The notes below the pieces were generated by a model. That model worked only from the letters and a program-made list of their open reading frames with translations, did no database searches and was not told the origin of the DNA. Below, piece after piece: positions 53,279 to 61,205 of a DNA stretch of 61,205 nucleotides (positions are counted from its first letter, which is position 1; each line of letters begins with the position of its first letter). The stretch is from Chiloscyllium plagiosum (taxonomy: Eukaryota), in contig NC_057719.1 in assembly GCF_004010195.1 (NCBI RefSeq), positions 81,638,340 to 81,699,544 on the forward strand. The letters are read 5' to 3'. A program made the translations under genes and the position numbers.

Positions 53279-53780
53279 TTTAACGAAACATAATGCATTA
53301 CATCAGGGACAGCATTTCACCTTCAACTGGATGCTCTGCAATCTTCTGAAATATTGTTGAATGTTGGATTAAAAGAAGGGTTGAAGCAGGCTCACAGGCT
53401 GCTGTCCACCTTAAGCAGGAACCCTCACAGTGGCTGATATGAAGAGACTTTCTTGTATCAATGTGGCTGAATTGAAAGTAAGATGTTCCAGAAGTGAGAT
53501 GGGACGCTCTGTTTAGCTTGCTACACTGGATGGATTTTCAGTGGCATGGTTTACCACTGCTCGTGGAGCAAACAGGCAGCAAGGGCAAATTGATTTTCCG
53601 TGAGGAAATCTGCTCTCAAACATTTCGCTATCAATAAAGAACATTGTGAACAAGGAGGATTGTGTCTTGTCACAAACTTATTGTTGGATGCTAAAATTCC
53701 TCAGATCTGCACCTGAAATCATTTATACCCTTCTCTATTAGAACCTTTAACAGGAGCTGATGTACAGGCGAGGGTATGTA

Positions 53781-54418
53781 CAGGTAGTTCTCCCATAACG
53801 CATGTTTAGTATACGCGATTTGGCTGAGGCGATTAGTGAATTGTGGTCCTTTTTTTAATAAATCGAACTCCCGTTCACTGTTATGCAATTCCATCCCCAG
53901 CATTTATCTGAACAACAAAACGCAGCCTCAGGATCCTCTTTCTGCAAAATGCAAATTCAGTGTGTTCAGCTAAAACAGGAATTCAATCAGTTTTGCAAGC
54001 CTTGAAACTGAGCTTGAAACTGGGAATTGTAGTGTATGTCTAGAAGGAACTTTATTTCAAACAGGGGGTGGGGAGAATCTTGAGGACTAGACTTCCACAT
54101 CGGCATCATGTAGTCAGTCAGCTCACACACTTTTTGGTGAAGAGCTTTGTGAAAGGCACAGTGCTGTAGACAGTGATTTTAGTGTTAAAGTGTTAAGTTT
54201 ACTGTATCATTTCATTAAAATATATGATTAAAAAATTTGCTTAGACTATGCTATTGTATGTGTGTGAGGCTATAATTTTTGTTCTGATTTTTACTGATAT
54301 TTTTGGCGGTTCGCCCCAACCTTGTTTTTTCCATAGGCACCATTATTTCTATTGCGTGATTTTCTACTATATGGTGTTACACAGGAAAGCAACTACTGCA
54401 TTATTGGGGAACTACCTG
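53781..54418. mobile_element. Non-autonomous Tc1/mariner-pogo (Tigger-like) MITE, 638 bp
   Basis: TIRs CAGGTAGTTCTCCCATAACGCA and CAGGTAGTTCCCCAATAATGCA (19/22 match), with TA on both flanks. Confidence 0.8.
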
Positions 54419-54761
54419 TACTCATTATTCCATCATAGTGGAACCGTTTAGATACAGATTTTAATTATGAGATTTCCATGAAGGGGAACCATCCTTTTCT
54501 CTATCGTTATCGTTTACTTATTTAGAACTTTTCAACAAAAGAAAATATAGTTCTGAAATACTGAAAATATAGTTCCGTGGGGTAGCTTCTCAATGAACAA
54601 TAAAATGAAAGTGAAGTGATTGCTGATATAAAGTGACTGACTGGAGAGCACCCAAGTCATGTTTCCCAGATACCGCTTAGACACCACTGAAGAGATCACA
54701 TGTTCCTGCCCACTTGCACACTCCCCCCACATACATCCTCCCTGGTTTTGCCTTCACTTAC

Positions 54762-54872
54762 CATCAGCAGCAATGTCTTGTGGGATATCAGAGTCCAACT
54801 GACTCACGGAATAAAGATGTATCTGTCCAGCTGCTGCAGACCCCTCATTAGGATGGCTCCCAATGCATGACA
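54762..54872 (-). CDS. LTK: Probable LTK linker exon preceding the TG domain (111 bp, phase 1-1): xSCIGSHPNEGSAAAGQIHLYSVSQLDSDIPQDIAAD
   Basis: Acceptor tcccttacag, donor G|gtaagt, open frame. The phase-1 end joins the next exon as G|AT (Asp). Its position matches the poorly conserved linker exon of ALK/LTK, but the peptide itself is not diagnostic. Confidence 0.65.
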
Positions 54873-55004
54873 CTGTAAGGGAATAGAACAACTCTGTGAG
54901 GCTGTGTAGAAAGATGGAGAGGGTAACAGACCCTTTCATACATAGATTGTTGATTGGGATAATTTAATGCAGCAGATATGTACTGTAACTGAACTGTTTG
55001 GAAT

Positions 55005-56605
55005 CTTAGGATAGCAAATTTTCAGAAAGCAAAGCCTTGCATTTCTTTAGCAGCTTTCATGGCCTTAGGATGTTCACAAATGATTTACACCCAATAAGTA
55101 CTCTTGGACTGTGGTCACCTTTGTAATGTATGAAACACAGTGACCAATTTGTGCCCAACAAAGTCCAGCAGGTGGAAATTTCATAATGACCACATAATAT
55201 ATTGGAGAGTAATAGTGGATAATAGTTGGATAATAATGGTCAGGGTGCATCTGCAGATTGGAATAATGCTACATAATGTTTTACGTCTGCCTGAGATGCT
55301 AGGGTCTTGACTTAATATCTTGTGCAAAAGATGTTATTCTGACAGTGCATTAATGCATTGAGGTATCATTCTTGATTATGTACTCTAGTATCTAGAATGG
55401 CATTTGAAACCAGAACCTCAGAGCAGGAAGGGTCACTACTGAACCATGACTGACTGTGCAACACTGAAATTAGCAAAAGGAGGAATTCAGGCAGGACATG
55501 GGAGGCAGAGTATTAGGAAAAGGCAGGCAGTGGGAGATAAAGCAATGGGAAACAGAAAGTGGGAGGTAGAGCAATGGGAAACAGAAAGGAAATGGGAGAT
55601 GGAGCAATAGGAAACTAGCAGGAAGTGGGATGTAGAGCGATGGGAATCAAGCAACCAGTCAGGGAGAGGTGTTAAGATTGTGTGGGTGAGGGGAGAGAGA
55701 GAGAGAGAGAGAGAGAAAAAAAAATCCAGGGTCAAAAGAAGAGTGAGAATGATGTCCAGTACTGAAATGGTGCAAATTCTAGTATCGCAGCACAAATCCA
55801 AGCCCAATTGTAAAGGAGTTTTCAGTAGGACTAGATGGTAGCACTTGGCATATCGTCACTGTCTTGTCAATTGGCTTAAGTGCTTAGTTGGAAGAAATTA
55901 TGAACAAGGGAACTTTAGAGGTACTGAATTGTCTCACTTTTTCCTCACACATCCAACTCTAATACCGCTCCCTGATTGTTTGCTTGTTTCCCAATGCTCT
56001 GTCTTCCATTTGTGTCTGTTGCCCATTGCTCGTCCTCCCAATTCCTGCCTGTTTCTTAATGCTCTACCACCCACTTCCTGCCTGTTTCCTCATGCTGTAC
56101 CACCCACTTCTTGCCTGAATTCAAAAAGCACTGCTACCTGAATTCCTCCTTTTGCTAATTTCAATGTTGCTCAGCGTCAGTCATGGTTCAGTGGTGGCCT
56201 TCCCTGCTCTGAGATTCTGGTTTCAAATGCCATTCTAGATATTGGAGCACATAATCAAAAGTGATACTTCAGTGCATTAATGCACAGTCAGAATAGCATT
56301 GTTTGCATGAGACATTCAACCAAGACCCCAACTTTCTCGGGCAGAAAGGAAATCCTGTAGCATTATTCCAAACTACAGAAGCATTCTGATCATTATTATC
56401 CAACTATTACAATGTATTATCTGGTCACTATGAAATTTCCACCTGCTGGACTTTGCAGGACACAAACTGATTACTGCGTTTCCTACTTCACAAAGTCCAA
56501 GAGTAATTATTGAGTGTAAATCATTTGTGGACATCCTGAGACCATGAAAGCTTCTATCGAGATACAAGTCTTATTTTCTTAAAAATTTGCATTGACATCC
56601 ATAAT
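55005..56605. repeat. Inverted duplication: arms ~55005-55690 and ~55940-56605, ~250-bp spacer
   Basis: Exact 27-bp reverse-complement matches 55389-55415/56215-56241 and 55465-55491/56137-56163; arms collinear throughout. Confidence 0.9.
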
Positions 56606-56874
56606 GTTCAACCTTACATTTTGAATGGAATAATTCTGGGAGTAGCTTGTTTTGTGCTGTGCAAATAGAAATAGAAGCTCCTAAATGATCAAAAATGCAC
56701 CAGCCTGAAGTATAAATGGAAATGGTTTTGAGAGGCAAAAGTAGAATGCTTAGAAGATGCATCTTACATCTTGGATTCCCCACTACAACAACAACAACTT
56801 TCATTTATATAATACCACTAATGTAGTAAACTTCGCAAGGCACTTGACAGAAGCATTAGCAAACCAAACGATAC

Positions 56875-58085
56875 CAAGTCGTGGAGCTATAGAAATGTAC
56901 AGCACAGAAATAGACCCTTTGGTCCAACTCATCCATGCCGACCAGATATCCTAAATTACGCTAGTCCCATTTGCTAGCATTTGGCCCATATCCCTCTAGA
57001 CCCTTCCTATTCGTATACCCATCCAAATGCCTTTTAAATGTTGTAATTATACCAGCTTCCACCAATTCCTCTGGCAGGTTGTTCCATACACACACCATCC
57101 TCTGCATGAAAATGTTTCCCCTTAGGTCTCTTTTAAATCTTTCTCCTCTCACTTTAAATCTACTCCCTCTAATTTTGGACTCCACTATCCAAGGAAATGA
57201 CATTCGATATTTATCATAACCATGCCCCTCATGATTTTATAAAACTCTACAAGGTCAATCTTCAGCCTCTGACACTCCAGTGAAAATAGCCCCAGTCTAT
57301 TCAGCGTCTCCCTATAGTTCAAACCCTCCAAAACCGGAAACATCCTTGTAAATCTTTTCTGAACCCTTTCAACTTTAACAATGTTTTTCATAGCAGGGAA
57401 ACCAGAATTGAATGCAGTATTCCAAAAGTGAGTTAACCAATGTCCTGCTGCAACTTGACCTTCCAACCCCTATATTTGATGCTCAGATCAATAAAGGCAA
57501 GCATACCAAACATCATCTTCACCACCCTGTCTATCTGCAAATTCACCTTCAAGGAACTATGAACCTGCACCCCAAGGTGTCTTTGTTCTGCAACATTCCC
57601 CATTACCTCACCATTAAGTGTATAAGTCCTGCCCTGATTTGCCATACCGAAATGCAACATCTCAATCTATCTAAATTAAACTCCATCTATCACTCCTTAG
57701 CCCATCAGATCAAGATCCTGTTGTACTCCAAGATAACTTCTTCACTGTCCACTACACCACCAATTTTGGTATCATCTGCAAACTTACTAATCATACCTCC
57801 TATATTCACAGCCAAATTATTTATACAAATGACAAAAAGCACCGATCCTTGCAGCACACCACTGGTCACAGGACTCTGGTCCAAAAAAACAACCCTCCCC
57901 ACCATCCTCTGTCTTCTACCTTCATGCCAATTTTGTATCCAAATGGCTAACTCTCCCTACACTCCATGTGATCTAACCTTGATAACCAATTGACTATGCG
58001 GGAACCTTGTTGAATGTCTTGTTGAAGTCTATATAGACAACCCTCCACTGCTCTGCCTTCAATCTTCTTTGTCACTTCTTCAATG
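56875..58085 (-). mobile_element. HER1/CR1 ORF2 RT and 3' end
   Basis: VTSGVLQGSV..ISKFADDTKIGGVVDSEE..ERVQKRFTRM..GYGPNASKWD. Confidence 0.92.
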
Positions 58086-60559
58086 TAAAGGAGTCAGACA
58101 GGACTCAGCTTGTTCAATGGGGCTAGTTTAAAGGTGTGACTTAAAGAAAGAGCAAGAAAGATAGAGATGGAGTCCTAGAGAGGTGTAGTGAAGGCAACTG
58201 CAGGGTACAGCTGCCAAGAATAGAACGTTTCCTGATGAGATGCTTCATTCATTTAAAAATTCTAACAGGACTGCAAATGTCCCTCCTTCTCATACTGCTT
58301 TCAATGTAACTACTTAACGCACACCACAGATCTTGTAAAAGAAGCAGTTGGAATTATACAGATTTGACAATATCCAGGGCAATAAACTCAATGCCAAGAG
58401 AGCAGGACGGTGAGTACCAGAGTCAGAGTTGAGAAATATGCGATGACCCAGGGAGATTCACCTCTGTGGCCAGAGAGTCGGGAACCAAATCCTCGTAGAT
58501 TTCAACAAAGGATCGCTCGAAGAAGACCACATAAATTATTTGGAAGGAGGCAGCCTGTGAAGTAGCTAATTCTCCCATCTTTAATTGGGCCACTTTAAAA
58601 TCTGCTGGAAGGTAAACAGTTTTAATGTTCACCCCATCCTTATTCAGAGAGGAAAAGCGATGTCGTCAGTCGAAAGCTGCCTCATTAAATACTTTCATTA
58701 TGTTGCTACGATGCCTTGGTGAAAGCCCCTTCAACATGTTGTCTCTTCGAGGAGTCTCCCGCCAACTTTCCCATGGAACTATTTCGCACTCATACTCCCA
58801 CGTGACCAAAACGGAACCTTGATCCAGGATAAACTATTCAAATAGCTGAAGGACTTTTAAAACTTGCTACGTGGGACCCTTAATTAACAGTCCGCTGTGG
58901 TAAGTGCTGCCCCTTGAGCCAAAGACTGGCTCAAAACCACCTCAACCCCCAGCCTGCGCTACTCAGATATGATTCCCATAAGCTGTCTTCAGCATGGAAA
59001 AGCAGTAACTTACTTTCTTATTACATCCCCGAGCTTCAGATGTGGGGGGTGGGGGACAGGGGGCAGATATTTATTCAGACTGACTGCCAGACTCAGGATG
59101 GTGAATGGGTAATGGTGGCTGGGCAATGGGGGCAGGGTGAGGTGGGGGACGTTTCATTCAATGTCTATGATATACAGGAAGACCCTGCCCCAAACCCCTC
59201 ATCCATATCGAACAGCTCCAAATCTCAGCAGTAAATTCCTTCTCTGCCCAGGCCGCATTTTACCGTTGTGCTTTCAAGATTGATTAATGCGGAACCCAAA
59301 GACGGCGCAATCAGTATTCGTAACGGGCAAATGTTTAGTGGTTGCCTAGCGAGTGCTCTCTGCACGCAGATGCATAAAATCCTTAACAGGGAAAGTGAGT
59401 TGGGGAAGAGAGAGAGAGTGAGAGAGCACAAGGAGAGAGAGAGAGAGAAGAGAAAGAGAAAGAGACAGGGTCAGTGGGGGCAGTTTTGGGGAAGAGAAAG
59501 AGCTTTTTGTTAAAGCTGCCTTTCACGAAATGACAGAATGATGAATTGCCCTCATCAACCACGACGACATCAAATGGGCTGACGTGAAGCCAGCCTCACT
59601 CGCCCATCTCTCACTTCATTAAATCCATCATATATTAATTCAGCTTCTTGTTTCTTCAAGTAACTTTTGAAAGGCAGAAGCAGGAAGTTTTATTTCAAAA
59701 CGAAAAGTAGCATTGCAAGGCTCTGATAGATATGCTATTGAATAAAGAGGATTGAAATCTCTAAGGGAAGGTGTCTCCAACTTCAAGAATTCTGAAGTTA
59801 AGCAACTGAAATCCAGCTGGATCAAGCCCAAGTCTTTGTGCATAGGTTGATTCACGTTTTCTAAGAAATTGGGTAATCAGGTTGGAACAAGATGACAGTT
59901 ATCCCACTCAAACAATGCAAACAGGAAGCCTGGGGCCTTTTGTACGTAATTCAGGAGTCTTTTCCATCTGGTACAGACTACAGTTCAAATCCTTATTGTA
60001 TACCAATGAAAAGGAACCACAGCCTTTCTCCCATGCTCACTTCCAATCTCTTCATACTACCACCAGCTGGATGTTTCCACAAAAAGCCAATCGGCAATAG
60101 TTGAAAGCGTGGCAACCTTTAGTTCCTCAATGTCCAGCAAAATGATTGCTCTCTTTCTCTCTTCCTCTCGAGATGTTTGTTTGTATTGCCCCCAAAATTC
60201 TTCCAGCAGTTGGACAAAAAAATCTGAATTTACCATGGCACCTATCACACTGGGTTCTTGACTGGCATTGAAGATGCTCATTTCCCACCTCAAAAGATGT
60301 TTTGCCTCTTTGAAGTATCTGTTTTGCCAACAATGAGAAGCCTTTGAAGTTTAGTCATTGTATAGCTTGGCAACCTGCATACAGAAAGCTCCCATAAACA
60401 GCAACGTGACGATGAGCAGTTCATTTGTTTTAATAATGTTGGTCTGGGAATGAACATTGGCCAGTTCACTGGAGAGAATGTCCCCACTGGTCTTCAAGAC
60501 GAGGGACCTTTCACATCCACCTGGCAGGGTGGATAGAGCTTCAGATACATAGTTCACGG

Positions 60560-60985
60560 GTAGACAGAGTGGTAAAGGAGGTGTTTGGCACATGCCTTCA
60601 TTGCTCAGATCTTTGAGAGTAGGATTTGGGATGTCATGTTGCGGTTGGACAGGACGTTGGTGAGGCCAGTTCTGGAGTACTGTACACATTTCTGATCGCC
60701 CTGCTATAGGAGGATTTAATAAAACTGGAGAGAGTGCAGTAAAGATTCACATCAATGTTAGCCGAACTGGATTGGAGGTTGGATAAGCTAGGACTTATTT
60801 CACTGGAGTGTAGAAGGTTGAAGGGTAACCTTAGAGTCATAGAGGTGTACAGCATGGAAGTAGACCCTTCGGTCCAACCCGTCCATGCCGACCAGATATC
60901 CCAATTCAATATAGTCCCACCTGCCAGCACCCAGCCCATATCCCTCCAAACGCTTCCTATTCATATACCCATCCAAATGCCTCTT
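60560..60985. mobile_element. CR1 fragment (+, 60560-60832) abutting a HER1 3' end (-, 60833-60985)
   Basis: LVRPVLEYC and LERVQ motifs, then GAGTCATAGAGGTGTACAGCATGGAAG 3' UTR in the opposite orientation. Confidence 0.8.
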
Positions 60986-60988
60986 TGT

Positions 60989-61205
60989 GGGCGGCACGGT
61001 GGCACAGTGGTTAGCACTGCTGCCTCACAGCACCGGAGACCCGGGTTCAATCTCCGCCTCAGGCGACTGACTGTGTGGAGTTTGCGCGTTCTCCCCGTGT
61101 CTGCATGGGTTTCCTCCGGGTGCTCCGGTTTCCTCCCACAGTCCAAAGATGTGCAGGTCAGGTGAATTGGCCATGCTAAATTGCCCGTAGTGTTAGGTAA
61201 GGGGT
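60989..61205 (+). mobile_element. Young HE1-type V-SINE (cut by window end)
   Basis: GGGCGGCACGGTGGCACAGTGGTTAGC head with CpGs largely intact. Confidence 0.92.

Noticed and set aside
57412..57993. Longest ORF (193 aa, + strand)
   Set aside because: Antisense shadow of the CR1/HER1 RT.
58423..58632. Minus-strand ORF as an LTK signal-peptide exon
   Set aside because: Not signal-like; its gtgaat donor is phase 0, whereas phase 1 is needed.
60057..60293. 78-aa minus-strand ORF as an upstream LTK MAM exon
   Set aside because: No MAM motifs recognised and no phase-compatible splice sites.

Overview
Cartilaginous-fish (shark) genomic DNA, inferred from HE1-type V-SINEs and HER1/CR1 LINE fragments. 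The window lies inside one minus-strand receptor tyrosine kinase gene of the ALK/LTK family, best assigned to LTK. Nine GT-AG exons (54872 down to 22885; 1272 nt, 424 codons, phases consistent throughout) encode a linker, the TNF-like/glycine-rich (TG) supradomain, the EGF-like domain and the transmembrane helix. No upstream MAM or signal-peptide exon and no juxtamembrane or kinase exon was recognised. The rest is intron packed with decayed repeats: CR1/HER1, L2-like, Rex/Babar-like and Penelope-like retroelements, three SINE families, Harbinger relics and a TA-flanked MITE. The most notable non-routine signals are a ~0.67-kb-arm inverted duplication just upstream of a splice acceptor, a CpG-rich unique segment that may be an internal promoter, an anticodon-deleted tRNA-Leu relic abutting a SINE, and a >22.8-kb intron after the TM exon. 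I found no convincing new biological system. Repeat boundaries are approximate, and family names come from recalled consensus motifs, not database searches.
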